Shown here: in pieces, positions 42,097-55,858 of the stretch
Position numbering within the stretch: position 1 is the stretch's first letter
Layout: each line of letters begins with the position of its first letter
Assembly (NCBI GenBank): GCA_951406725.2
Contig: OX597838.1
Location: 41,230,001 to 41,294,000, forward strand
Direction of reading: 5' to 3'
DNA from: Octopus vulgaris
Lineage: Eukaryota
Length of the DNA: 64,000 nt
Translations under genes and position numbers: made by a program
Notes under the pieces: generated by a model
Told to the model about the DNA's origin: nothing
Database searches by the model: none
What the model saw: only the letters and a program-made list of their open reading frames with translations

Positions 42097-42343
42097 TTTA
42101 TATATAAAAGAAAGGTTGTGTGTCTGTCTACTCCGATTTAGATTCCTAACTACTCCCACATTTTGCGATGCAGTTTAACCAAAACCGGGTATCTTATAGT
42201 CGTGATTCATATCGAGCCCTTCTGGGTATTAGCGCGCGTCTACGATGAGTCTATGATTTTACAAATAATTTACCATCATTTTTTTCCATTTTAATGGATA
42301 TTTTTTTTAATAAAGGGAAGTAACTCTCAAACTTCACACCAAT

Positions 42344-42865
42344 ATGTGTGCTCATATGCAACGTAATATCACAGCAGCAGCATTTCCTCAAACCCTCCTT
42401 GCACTTGGCGAAGGCACAATACCAGGGGATGAAAATGGTAATATTGCCATCGATTCCATTTGTACCATTGTTAAGACGCCTTCTGATCTCAGAGATGCAG
42501 TGTTCCCAGATCTACAAGCTAATTATCAGAATATGGATTGGATTGGAAAAAAGGCCATACTGGCCCCGAGGAATAAAACTGTTCACCATATTAATGATGA
42601 AATGCTAAAACTCATTCCTGGGGAAGTCTATGTATATCAGTCTATCGATACAACTCCTGACCCAGAGGACGTCATCAACTATCCAATAGAGGTACTCAAT
42701 TCCTTTGAGCACCCCGGAATACCACCACACTTTCTCAAACTTAAAGTTGGTGCCCCTATAATGCTCATCAGAAATTTGGTTCCCCCAAAACAATGCAATG
42801 GCACACGTTTGATCGTTAAGTCCTTATCTCCCACCGTAAACTTATATCAATATTTGCCTGAATAA
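42344..42865 (+). pseudogene. Helitron RepHel PIF1-family helicase fragment (2B domain region)
   Basis: AILAPRNKTVHHIN, YQSIDT, YPIEVLNSFEHPGIPPHFLKLKVGAPIMLIRNL..KQCNGTRLIV are typical Helitron PIF1 motifs; lacks Walker A/B and Rep. Confidence 0.9.
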
Positions 42866-43184
42866 TCATCATAATTCAGTGCAATCATTAACAGTACTTT
42901 CAAGCAATTCAGCCCCGAGCAACGCCGGGCAATTCTGCTAGTATATATATATATGTGTATAGTATACATGAGTATGCCGTGTATACTTATGTATGGTAAC
43001 CGTCGTTGGTGACTTCAATATATACGTCTTCACTCTTACCAAATTTTAGTTCAAAGCCTGACAAGTTAATCCTTTTTAACTGATTAACACCACTCAGTCT
43101 CCTCATCTCTCTGTATTCCGGTATGTCTTTCTCACTTTAAACTCTTTGAATCCATGGCAACACTTCAGCGGATGCCATTTTCAT

Positions 43185-43250
<66 letters not shown>

Positions 43251-43744
43251 GAAGACGCAAAAGCAGGCGGCCACAGACACTTCCACTGACCTGGGCCAGC
43301 CTTCCACCAGTAATTACACTTCCCCGCAAAAGAAGCAAAATGATAAACTGCTGCCTCATAAAAGATCCGTAAATACAGAAACCACCCGTTTGCGTGGATG
43401 GGTGGGTGGGTGTGGGGTGGGGGTGTTGGGTGGAGGTGTATGTGTGTGTGGGGGTGTATGTGTGTGTGTGTTTCCCAATTGGTATAGTCTTAACGAAATT
43501 GCGCCTGCTAAACCCTACTGACAAGTTCAAAGGGTTAAACATATTTCTTGATAGCTTTCTTGTCTCCCCCTCCCCCCCCGATTCACTCTTTACTTTGCCA
43601 TTACGGTGTTTTGTTCATGATATTGATTTCAAATTTTGGCACGTGACCATGTTCGGTGGAGGGAGCCCGTCCATTACATCGCCCCCCCCCCCAGTGCTCA
43701 ACGTCCTTCATCCGACATGAATTTAACAGACAATACCATGTTCA

Positions 43745-43851
43745 CAAGAAGAAGAAAAAGAAGAAGAAGAAGAAGAAGAAGAAGAAGAAGAAGAAGAAGA
43801 AGAAGAAGAAGAAGAAGAAGAAGAAGAAGAAGAAGAAGAAGAAGAAGAAGA
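43745..43851. repeat. (GAA)n microsatellite
   Basis: Direct reading. Confidence 0.95.
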
Positions 43852-44427
43852 ACTCTTAGATGAGAAGTTTCCTTCTGCAACTCTGCACGTGCTAATATAG
43901 TTGTTCTCTCATTTACAGTCTCTAAATTCTTGTTTGTCTCTATTTTCTGTTAACCACATTTTTTTTTTTTTTGTTGTGACGTGACGTCACCATTCTTCTT
44001 TCTTGAAAACTATTTTTGTACCTGGACAATATCCAGCCTCAAGGTCGACACCTCACACCAAACCTTGGAAAAAGACTTCTAAACGTGACCGGTCACACGT
44101 GTGGTGAGGTTTAGATATAACTGGGGTACTTATGTCTACTCATGACTCCTGCCTCGGCTTTTTTTTTCCATGGGTGCTTGTATTTCATTTATTTCTTATC
44201 GTATTCTCTACTGAGGAGGGGGAAATCCGTGGGATTAATCCTGAAATTGATTCAATATAGAGATAACGAATTTTCTTTAAAAAATCCTGTTAGCTTGCCT
44301 TCCTCGATTTCAGCACGACGTGTCTTCATGGTGAATGTATATTGTAATGTGGTGATTGACGATTTAAAGTCTAATTCTCAGTATATTAGCATAGAAATCC
44401 TTTTCTCTTTTGCCCTTGTTTATAATT

Positions 44428-44583
<156 letters not shown>

Positions 44584-44985
44584 TATATACATCCGTTTTA
44601 TTGTTGTATACGCATTTCATTAATGTATACATATACATCAGGTAACATAATCCTATTAGTTATATATATATACACACTTTCATTATGTATAAACATTTCG
44701 CTGATGTATATATACGGTATCTGATGACATATAAATATTTCGGTTCTCCAAAACATGAATAATTAAAGATGAGATCAAATACGATGTTTGTGAAGACAGA
44801 TGTGTTAGTTTAATCAATTCAAATATTTATAGAATGTAATTTGGGGAATAAAACCAACAGCTTCCCTGTAGATAAGACACGATCTGAGCGAGAGCCATAG
44901 CCAGGAAGATAGAGTTTATAGTTCCATTTTTGCCTCGAAAATGGCTGAAACAAGTAATTTTATATGATATTGTAGAGTATGTAAA

Positions 44986-45665
44986 CCTATTACATAAATC
45001 CGTTCTGTATGTCTGTGTGTGTGTCTTCTAGGATCTCGGGCATCCTCCATCCAATTGCGCTCAAATTTGATATGTAGATACTGACGGTATCAGGGCATGT
45101 ATAAGTCTTGAAAAAATTACAAAATTCGACTCCAGGTGAGAATGCGATCGATAAAGCCGTGGGAACGTGAATTTGTACGCGCAAGTACATCAGCTGTTGC
45201 AATCGATCCTACGCGTGCGTGAGAAAAATGCACGTGCAGTTTGCGCAAAAAAATCATCATGCTTTTCCATCTAGATTTACCTCCAGCTAACCCATTTGCA
45301 TGCATCGTTTTTGTCCTGCTTTTCTTCCGTCAACCTGTACATAACTGCACATTCCATTTTTTGCTGTTTTTGTACTGCTTAAAGGCACATTTCTTTCCTG
45401 ACAAGCTTACAGTTTAAACCATGTTTGTGTTCTCCCAGTCAACAGCCTTATCATTACTGGTACTTTAAACTCTTCGGTTGCATATTTGTGTGAATGAAAT
45501 CGTTTTCCTTTGGAATAGAAAAAAGTCTATCTTTATTTCTTCTTTTGGTGGTGTCTCAAATTTAGGTTAAAATCAGTGGGACGGTCGGACAAGTTGTTTT
45601 GAGAAAATTTGGTTTAAATGTTTGACAACTCAGCACCGTCCATTGGACGGGGGGCGTTTTGCTCG
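44986..45665 (+). mobile_element. Helitron-like non-autonomous element, family H3
   Basis: 3' hairpin CCGTCC-ATT-GGACGG then ..GCTCG|T; near-identical second copy at 59959-60537. Confidence 0.6.
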
Positions 45666-45713
45666 TATACATATATGTGTATGTGTGTGTGAGTGTGTGT
45701 GTGTGTGTATGTA

Positions 45714-45792
<79 letters not shown>

Positions 45793-45797
45793 ATATA

Positions 45798-45842
<45 letters not shown>

Positions 45843-46782
45843 GTGAGCCGAATATACAGTTGGTTATAGTAACAAGAAGATTAAGGAGACTCACCCAGAT
45901 TTAATTACAGTTTGTATAGCATTTAGAATTTTCGGATGGAGATACAAATGTGGAGCGGTGCTAGTTGTAATATTGTATCTCAGAGAAACTTTTCAAAGAG
46001 ACTTTTGGACTCAGAAAAACAGTTCTTTGCTCAGAAGTTCGGTGGATCTCCTGATATGATGATTCGAACTTATTTGGTCTCCTATTTTCAAAGACCGTCA
46101 AAGAAGAATGAAATGACTTCAGATCGAAGCATCAGTTCCAATGGAAGTTGATCTGCTGCTAAGGGAAACTGTGAAGCAACCCCTAAATTTGAAGATTTGG
46201 AAACAGAGACGACAAGAATATAAAGTCTGGAAACGAAGATTGAAAAACCCCCTGTAATAACAAGGTGCCTTAGTGAGGATTTTAAAAGATGCCAATACGT
46301 TGCCTAAATCCTTAAGTACTTAAATTACACACACACACATACACACACACACACATACACACACACATGCACACACACACACACACATACACACACACAC
46401 ACACACACACAACCTGGAGAAAATATTTCCGTTAGTGTATTAGATTGAGTTTTCAAAACGACTGAAAACGCCAAAACAAATCGAGACACAGCGTTTGTCC
46501 ACAACACTGCACTCATTGGTACAACGGCAGTACGTAATATATGTAAGAATAAAAAAATAATAAAAATAATAGATATGGTGGTGGTGGTGGTGGTGGTGGT
46601 GGTGGTGATGGTGGTGGTGGTGGTGGTTTTGGTGGTGGTGGTGGTGGTGGTATTAGCAACTTCCTGAAGCGATTGCATCTTGTTAGATTCTAATTAACCA
46701 AACTGAAAACAATCTTCATAATTAAAAGGACCAGTGGGAAATAGTGAGGAAAATTTTATCAATAAATTGAAAAAAAGATTTT

Positions 46783-46794
46783 TACTACTACTAG

Positions 46795-46871
<77 letters not shown>

Positions 46872-46911
46872 TTATTGTTATTATTATTATTGTTATTATT
46901 ATTATTATTAT
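46783..46911. repeat. Compound (CTA)(CTG)(CTA)(TTA) trinucleotide tract
   Basis: Direct reading. Confidence 0.9.
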
Positions 46912-47172
46912 ATGCTAATGACACACAAAGACCTGTGTTCGGTTATACAAATTAATTCTATCGAGGGACATCACGCTATCAACCTGCCTAAAAAAAAAAA
47001 GACTTCCATAGTTTGGCATAAAGCTTTCGGTACACTTGTCGGAAATGTAAGTTTTGAAGGGAATCATACTGGCCTTGGCTTCCGGTTCCTTAAATTTTAA
47101 GTCGGTGGTAATCCTGTATAGCACTATTTTCATTATTTTTTGAAATCGATATAACTTAGGATTTATTAAATA

Positions 47173-47571
47173 CTAGCAGTATCGCCCGGCGTTGCTCGGG
47201 TTTGTAAGGGAAATAACTATATAAGCATTTTTAGAGAGTTATAGCCAAAAAATAGCAAAAAAATGCATTAAAAATGGAAAAAGAATGGTGGTATTTTTTT
47301 TTTAATCGTTGACTCATCGTAGACATTTTTAGAGAGTTACTTCCCTTATATAATAGCGAAAAAATGCATTAAAATGGAAAAAAATGATGGTAAATTTTTT
47401 TTTAAATCGTAGACTCATCGTAGACGCGCGCTAATACCCAGAAGGGCTCGATATGAATCACGACTATAAGATACCCGGTTTTGGTTAAATTGCACCGCAA
47501 AATGTGGGAGTAGTTAGGAATCTAAATCGTAGGAGACAGACAGCACACAACCTCACTTTTATATATAAAGA
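47173..47571 (-). mobile_element. Non-autonomous Helitron, family H1
   Basis: Reverse complement of 1828-2225 with A|TC...CTAG|T termini. Confidence 0.88.
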
Positions 47572-48196
47572 TTTTATGAAGCGAAACATTTTTATTAAAG
47601 ACGAAAATAGTCTGGAGGAAACTCCTCGGGTGTAGGATTTTGTTTGCTTGGGTTTTCTGGGCTTTGTTTTAATCGATGCATTTGTAGTTTACAAATAATC
47701 CACCTAAACACGCGACATATCAGAGAACATAACAATAAGAATGGCTTCAAATTTTGACCCAAGGGTAGCAATTTTAGGTGGAGGGAGTAAGTCTATTAAA
47801 ACAACTCAATGCTACTTATTCTATGGACCCCAAAAGGAGAGACTAGGTCAACCACCGTGGAATCTGAAATCAGAACGTAGAGATACATGAAATGCCGCTA
47901 TGCATTTCGCCCGGCGTGCGAACGTTTCGACCAGCTCACCGCCACCTTGAGCTCAATAATAATAACGACAATAAAAATGATGGTCAAAATAATGAAATAC
48001 CGCCATCTTCTCCCTTCGCAAAAACATTGCCCTGCACCGAATGCATTTTCTTTGAATTCCGCGTGGTCATGTGGTTAAGCTGCTTGCTTCCAAACCACGT
48101 GGCCTTGGTTTCAGTCCCACTTCAACTATAGCCCCCAGTTTAACAAAATTGTGTGAATGGGTTTAACTGAAAGAAAATGAAAGAAGCCCGTCGTAT

Positions 48197-48267
<71 letters not shown>

Positions 48268-48639
48268 TGCGTGTGTGTGTGCGTGTGTATGTGTGTGCGT
48301 GCATGCGTGTGTGGGGGGTGCGCGCGCGCGCGCGTGTGTGTGTGTATGTGTGTGTGTGTGTCTCACCGCTTGACAGTATTGGTTTATTTACGTCACCCAG
48401 ACTTCAGAAATGAAATACTGGCCGCAGTCCAATGAACGAAGCAAGTAAAAGATAAAAGAATGAATCCCCACACGAAAATAAACTTCATAAACATGATGGA
48501 AACACATTTAAGATATTACAAATCGGATGTTTTTCTTTTGACAGCAGCCAAAAGGAATTTACTCGTATAGAGTTCAAGACAAAAATATCATCTCTCACAA
48601 CATCTTCCCTGACCCTAATTCAGTAAGCAATTTTGACAA

Positions 48640-48900
48640 GCACCACACCCGAGATCTTTAGTTATTCTCGGGTGACATTAGACAGAGCATATCACTTTTT
48701 GAAGTGTTTAAGGCAAACGATCGTTGTCTTCATCTTCGTCCTTGCAACTTCTGGAACGACCCTGATGCCAAACTGTAAAGGACCATGTCTTTTATTTGCA
48801 TAATATCGGTGGTAGCATGACTTCATGCCACATTGGTAACTGCGAATCTTCTAAACAACACGGCCCATTTCTATGCTTGGAGAAGGGTCTCCAGTGCCCT
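48640..48900 (+). pseudogene. Possible decayed LINE RT C-terminal remnant
   Basis: YSRVTLDRAY resembles the YLGVTLDR motif; heavily frameshifted. Confidence 0.3.
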
Positions 48901-48931
48901 GTCCTTCCGTTTTACTGGCTTTGACTGAAGC

Positions 48932-49311
48932 AACTGGAAGCACTCCGTCGGTTACGACGACGAGGGTTCCGGTTGATCCGAATCAACGGAACAGCCTGCT
49001 CGTGAAATTAACGTGTAAGTGGCTGAGCACTCCAAAGACTCGTGTAACCTTAACGTAGATCTTGGGGATATTCAGCGTGACACAGAGAGTGACAAGGCCG
49101 GCCCTTTGAAATACAGGTACAACAGAAACAGGAAGTAAGAGTGAGAGAAAGTTGTGGTGAAAGAGTACAGCAGGGATCACCATCATCCCCTGCCGGAGCC
49201 TCGTGGAGCTTTAGGTGTTTTCGCTCAATAAATACTCACAACGCCCGGTCTGGGAATCGAAACCGCGATCCTACGACTGCGAGTCCGTTGCCCTAACCAC
49301 TGGGCCATTGC
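48932..49311 (-). mobile_element. SINE family C (tRNA-Arg-like head, octopus OR-like)
   Basis: Head GCAATGGCCCAGTGGTTAGGGC...GGTTTCGATTCCC; a second head copy lies at 61260-61428. Confidence 0.8.
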
Positions 49312-49658
49312 CCAACTATTGTCTTCGATGCAGGATAATGGTTTCAAGACAAAGATACTAAAGAAGGAAGTAAATATATGACCACCCACACTGACTTCAC
49401 CAACCGTTCGATCAGGTTACAGACTCCCAACTAGCTTAACACTCTACCAAACACCACCGTCGGGGGAGGCTTCATTGCACAAAACACCTCCTGATTTTCA
49501 GAGAATACAGATAGTTCAAGAAGTGAAGCAATAACATTGCAACTAGGATCCTTTTATATTCTGACCAATCCAACAAAGACCAGCCTTACTGAACCAACTC
49601 TAACAACTTTTCTTCCGACATCACCCATAATTACCCTGACTTCACTCCAAAACAATAC

Positions 49659-49697
<39 letters not shown>

Positions 49698-49842
49698 CTC
49701 TTCTCTGATCATTTATTTATTCTGATTATCATTACAGCAAATCAATGAACAATGCAAAAGTACTTTCTGGAAAAAGGCAAATAAAAAACAATGAAACTAA
49801 TCCCATTAGGAAATAGAAACAGGTTTTAATTCAAAGATTTGA

Positions 49843-50930
49843 CCAACCCTAAACAAGCCCGTAAACAATCCCCTAAGCAATCCCCTAAACAATCCCCTAA
49901 ACAATCCCCTAAACAATCCACTAAACAATCCCCTAAACAATCCCCTAAACAATCCCCTAAACAATCCTCTAAACAACCCCCTAAATAATCCCCTAAACAA
50001 TCCCCTAAACAATCCTCTAAATAATCCCCTAAACAATCCTCTAAGCAATCCACTAAGCAATCCCCTAAACAATCCCCTAAACAATCCTCTAAACAACAAC
50101 CCTAAACAACCCCCTAAACAATCCTCTAAACAACCCCCTAAACAATCCCCTAAACAACCCCCTAAACAATCCCCTAAACAATCCTCTAAACAACCCCCAA
50201 AACAATCCCCTAAACAATCCCTAAACAATCCCCTAAACAATCCCCTAAACAACCCCCTAAACAATCCCCTAAACAACCCCCTAAACAATCCCCTAAACAA
50301 TCCCCTAAACAATCCCTAAACAATCCCTAAACAACCCCTAAACAACCCCCTAAACAACCCCCTAAACAATACCCTAAACAATCCCCTAGACTATCCACTA
50401 AACAACCCCTAAACAATCCTCTACACAACCCCCTAAACAATCCCCTAAACAATCCTCTACACAACCCCTAAACAATCCCCTAAACAACCCCCTAGACAGT
50501 CCCCTAAACAACCCCCTAAACAATCCCCTAAACAATCCCCTAAACAACCCCCTAAACAATCCCCTAAACAATTCCCTAAACAACCCCCTAAACAATCCCC
50601 TAAACAACCCCCTAAACAATCCCCTAAACAATCCCCTAAACAATCCCCTAAACAACCCCCTAAACAATCCCCTAAACAATCATCTAAACAACCCCCTAAA
50701 CAATCTCCTATACAATCCTCTAAACAACCCCTAAACAACCCCCTAAACAATCCCCTAAACAACCCCCTAAACAATCCCCTAAACAACCTCCTAAACAATC
50801 CCCTAAACAACCCCCTAAACAATCCCCTAAACAATCCCCTAAACAACCCCCTAAACAATCCCCTATACAATCCTCTAAACAATCCCCTAAACAACCCCCT
50901 TAACAATCCCCTAAGCAATCCCCTAAGCAA
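49843..50930. repeat. 12-bp telomere-like minisatellite (CTAAACAA[T/C]CCC)n, about 90 copies
   Basis: Direct reading; the FRGL and GDCL 4-aa repeats in the ORF track confirm the 12-nt period. Confidence 0.95.
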
Positions 50931-51366
50931 TAATACGTTCAACAGATATATTCTCGAAGTTTCTATAAAAGAATGTAAAAGTCGAGAAGGTGGCGTTAGA
51001 AATATTCGACCTTCTTTACTGAACAAGGAAGAAAAAGGGAACCGGATTCCAGTGAAGGGCAGCGACGACATCGTCAACGGAAATTAAACACGAAGTCGAT
51101 GCATAAAATAAAGAAACAGCAAATAGAAAAACCATTTGTACAAAGCATAAACAAATAACTAATTAGCGTAATTAGTGGCAACACAAGCATCATCAGCAAC
51201 ATAAACAATAACTACGATGGCCACATCACACATCTTGTTTAAATAACAGTCATACGAGAGAAGAAAGGCGAGCTTCTGGTAGAGAGACCTTTATAGAGAC
51301 TCTAGATTTGCTTAAAATAGCAGTCAAGTTTACCTCGACTCACAAACTACCGCTTTAAAGAAAATA

Positions 51367-52354
51367 TAGGGTTGGCAACTAAGTTCCCGTCGTTTTTTTT
51401 TTTTTTTAGTTTTGGAATCTATTTTTTTCGAGAATTCTATTTTTGAATCATTTTGGAATCTATTTTGTTTCGTTTTGTTTTTCCAGTTAATTTTAGTTAA
51501 TTTTTGTTTATTTTCAGATCATTAAAATGGAATGTCAAGTTAAGAAAAATGAGCATTTTCGACACCTCTTTCTTTTTGCTTTTAATCAAGGTTCGAAGGC
51601 CGTAAAAGCTGCTCACGACATTTGTGCTGTGTATGGAGAGGATGCCATAGCTGAAAGAACCGCTCGTGGTTGGTATGCCAAGTTTAGCTCATGGACACAA
51701 GCAACGATTTCTCTACCGAATCGTTACTGGCGACGAAAAATGGTGCCTGTACATCAATATGAAACAGCGTAAGGAATGGCTTAGCCCCGGTAAACAAGCG
51801 ACACCGCGCGTGAAACAAGATCTTCATCCGCGTAAAACGATGCTGTGCGTATGGTGGGGCTGGGAAGGGATTATCCATTGCTTGAACGGAACCAAATGGT
51901 CAACGCGAAACTCTATGTTCAACAAATGGAACGACTCAAGAGAAAAGACCTAATCGTCAGTATGGAGTTCTTCTGCTACACGACACCGCCCGCCCTCGTA
52001 TCGCCAATATGACCAAGGAAGCCATTCAAACGCATGCCTGGGAAGTGCTAACACACCCGCCGTACTCTCCTGATTTAGCACCAACGGATTTCCACCTCTT
52101 TCGATCTCTTTCAAATGCTATGCGCGGAGTTTCGCTCAGTACTGGTGCACAATTGAGAGTTTGGCTGGATCAAATTTACGAGTCAAAATCGGGTGATTTC
52201 TACGAACGAGGTATTGAAAATCTTGTTGAACATCGGGAAGAAGTTGTAAACAACAAGGGTGAATATATTATTGATTAATTAGTTGTTATTTTTTATTAAA
52301 CCTTTTAAAAAAATTTAATTTAAATAAACGGCGAGAACTTAGTTGCCAACCCAT
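51367..52354 (+). mobile_element. Mariner DD34D transposon (mellifera-like), internally deleted, both TIRs intact
   Basis: TIRs GGGTTGGCAACTAAGTTC(C/T)CG(T/C)CGTTT with TA flanks; motifs EHFRHL..AVYGEDA, IVTGDEKW, LLLHDTARP, HPPYSPDLAPTDFHLFRSL; the WVPHEL region is missing. Confidence 0.92.
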
Positions 52355-52952
52355 TAAATGCTGTAGCCCCAGTATAGCCGCAGCTATACCTCTCGTCATC
52401 AGGTATGTCTCTAACCTTCGGGTGTATCTCTAGTCAGGAGCCACCAGCTCAACAAACACAAGAAACCGGGTGAAGTCAGCGCTTGCTTCAAGAACATTGG
52501 GGATGTAAACTAAACGGAAGTGAATGGGAATGGCTTCTACGTAGGATTGAAACCGCAAACACGTTTCCTGGTCAGGCTCTCACCTCGAACACATCGTCAC
52601 AAAACTTTCTAATTACAGCGTTTCAGGTGACGAAGTATTTACACCTTTTGGTTGCAGTGAAATAGAAAACGTGTCCCGAATGGTGAATCAGCTTAATTGG
52701 ACAACAAGATGAACGACGTTGAAACTTATTCCTCGCCATCATCATCAGCATCATCAGCATCATCATCATCATTATCAACAGCGACTGCTACTGCTACTAC
52801 TACTACTACTACTACTAACAGACTTCAAGAAGGTGATGAGGAAAGTTGTTAAGATAAATGAATAGATTTGCAATGGCCGTTCATTTATCTAATTCTTTTT
52901 AGCGCTTATGGTGGTCTTTTAATTAGTAGCATAAAGACGACCTGATCTTGGC

Positions 52953-53183
52953 CTCTCTCTCTCTTCTCTTCTCTTTCTCTCCTCTCTCTCTCTCTCTCTC
53001 TCTTCTCTTCTCTTTCTCTCTTTTCTCTCTCTCTCTCTCTCTCTCTCTTCTCTTCTCTTTCTCTCTTTTCTCTCTCTCTATCTCCTCTCTCTCTCTTCTC
53101 TCTCCCTCTCATACACACACACTTTCCTTGCTCTTTCTTCTTTCTTTCTTACTCGTCCTTCTTTCTTTTCTTCATCTTCCAAT

Positions 53184-53232
<49 letters not shown>
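52953..53232. repeat. CT-rich polypyrimidine tract
   Basis: Direct reading. Confidence 0.9.
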
Positions 53233-53236
<4 letters not shown>

Positions 53237-53850
53237 CTGTTTGAATGGCGAAGTGAGGAAACACAGAAAAAGAAAGAAAAACTAAAGAGGGGGGGGGTAA
53301 AAGTTAGAGAAACAAAACCAAAGAAGGACAAGTTTAACGGACAGCAGCCGTAACATTACGTCAGGTCACGTGGTCTACTGCAAGTTCATGGCTGCGTCCC
53401 GCAACAGCAGCAAGGCGACGCTCTCTATGTCCATTAAGCATCACTGTATATGATATGCGCCATATCTAAATATCCCTTTTTGAGTAAGCAACACTTTAGC
53501 GTTTGAAGCTGTTGGATTTGTTCCAATTTATAAGATTTATATTTTCTATAAATCGTTCGAAACGAACGGGTGCCATTCTGTTTACTTCCCCAATTTGTCT
53601 CATGGCGTTTCCGTTCTCTTGCTAAGGCAATATCTCTGCTTAATTATTTTGTATTTCCTTTTTTTTTTTTGTATTTGAAAGTTCATTCTGATGACAAAGG
53701 AAAATTAAAACAACAAACAGAGGGAGTGAGCGTCAGACAGGGATGCTGAACGGAGGTGAACTGTGATGAGATGATTTTTTGCTTTGAAGTCGTCGGTAGT
53801 TTAAACAAAATGAAACGTAATTTTTATCAGAAATTATATTTATTTTATCA

Positions 53851-53896
<46 letters not shown>

Positions 53897-54175
53897 TCTG
53901 TTTAAGTGATTCAATTCTACATATGTACATATACTTACTCGATTGCTGACAATTATCAGTGGTGTGTCCCATTGTTTTGATGCACCATTTTCTATAAGCA
54001 TTTTTGACGACACGGGTATGCTAGTATTTTCTATAGATTTCTAAATATAAAATATGTTTGGTGGTGTATTGAGGTTGGGGGTGGGCGTATTAAGACATCA
54101 TCGAATGACAAGAATGGAAAGAAGGAGGGGAGAAGGAAATACAGATAGGGAAATGGGGGAGTGAGCTATACATAC

Positions 54176-54177
<2 letters not shown>

Positions 54178-54253
<76 letters not shown>

Positions 54254-54305
54254 GGATAGAAAGATAGATAGATAGATAGATAGACAGACAGATAGATAGA
54301 TAGAT

Positions 54306-54375
<70 letters not shown>

Positions 54376-54410
54376 AAGATATAGATAGAGAGAGAGGGAG
54401 AGAGAGAGAA
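54178..54410. repeat. (GATA)n microsatellite
   Basis: Direct reading. Confidence 0.95.
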
Positions 54411-55214
54411 TGAGAATATGAAAAGCAGTGAGAGGGAGAGCATGAACAAAGGTGAAAGCTTCTTATGTGGGTGGCTGGGTAGATGGGTGAAGTTATTAGT
54501 TCGATGATTGATCGGATCGGTAATTAGACGCCGATCGAACTGAAGGTCTGGTGAGGTCAGATGAGTAGAGTTCGGGTGGGGGAACCGGGTAGACTTGTAA
54601 CTTTCTTAATTAAAAACTTCTTATTGCTTAGCATTCATTAAGGATCATTAATGAGTTTATTTTGAGTTTCCTTCGGATAATCGTTGTCGTCGTCGTTAGT
54701 ATTGGTGTTTGTTATTGCTGCTGTTTTTGTGGTGGTGGTGGTGGTGGTGGTGGTGGTGGTGGCGGCGGCGTAGGTGGTGGTGGTGGTGGTGCTTGTGACG
54801 GTGATCTTATATTCACGTCTACCGTGATTGGGGTCTGATGAAACACCTAGGATAAAAAGCGTCCTAACCGTGACCAACACGTCGTTTTTATTTTCCAGAT
54901 ATAATGCATTTAATGTAAGCCAATAGGTCCTTCATTTTTCAAGACAACAGCATGTGATTTGAAAGAAATTTGGTTTTATTTCTTGCAGGCATAGCGACCA
55001 TTTTGAGGCTCCTTAACACCCGGTTTGTTTCTTAACCCCAGGTCAGTCCAGACCAAGCATTCCTAAGGCTGAAGTTATTCCAGCCATGACCATCCCTGGT
55101 TATTTTTTCTCAGGGTTAAGCTTTTCTTAGACTACATATTACAGTTTGCATTTCACTTTCCTTATATTGCAAATGAATATAACTTTGGGAAATGCATGCA
55201 CGCCACAAGATCAC

Positions 55215-55858
55215 AAGAAGAAGAAGAAGAAGAAGAAGAAGAAGAAGAAGAAGAAGAAGAAGAAGAAGAAGACGAAGAAGAAGAAGAAGAAGAAGAAGAA
55301 GAAGAAGAAGAAGAAGAAGGAGAAGAAGAAGAAGAAGAAGAAGAAGAAGAAGAAGAAGAAGAAGAAGAAGAATGAGAAGAATGAGAAGAAGAAGAAGAAG
55401 AAGAAGAAGAAGAATGAGAAGAATGAGAAGAAGAAGAAGAAGAAGAAGAAAAAGAAGAAGACGAAGAAGAAGAAGAATGAGAAGAATGAGAAGAATGAGA
55501 AGAAGAAGAAGAAGAAGAAGAAGAAGAAGAAGAAGAAGAAGAAGAAGAATGAGAAGAATGAGAAGAATGAGAAGAAGAAGAAGAAGAAGAAGAAGAAGAA
55601 GAAGAAGAAGAAGAAGAAGAAGAAGAAGAAGAAGAAGAAGAAGAAGAAGAAGAAGAAGAAGAAGAAGAAGAAGAAGAAGAATGAGAAGAAGAATGAGAAG
55701 AATGAAGAAGAAGAAGAAGAAGAAGAAGAAGAAGAAGAAGAAGAAGAAGAATGAGCAGAAGAAGAAGAAGAAGAAGAATGAGAAGAAGAAGAAGAATGAG
55801 AAGAATGAGAAGAAGAAGAAGAAGAAGAAGAAGAAGAAGAAGAAGAAGAAGAAGAAGA
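55215..55858. repeat. Long (GAA)n with recurrent GAATGA interruptions
   Basis: Direct reading. Confidence 0.95.

Larger units (their letters stand above)
40657..42941 (+). mobile_element. Composite Helitron: new 5' end, 160-bp array, H1-type head, helicase fragment and canonical 3' end
   Basis: A|TCTCTTATTATAAAAG start, CCCCGAGCAACGCCGGGC hairpin, CTAG|T end; H1 head re-appears at about 42098. Confidence 0.75.

Noticed and set aside
42344-42865. Host PIF1 helicase gene
   Set aside because: Fragment only, enclosed by Helitron termini
49806-51077. FRGL/GDCL-repeat ORFs
   Set aside because: 12-bp minisatellite artefact
52009-52278. SETMAR-like host gene
   Set aside because: Lies within a TIR-bounded mariner with a deletion and frameshifts; no SET domain
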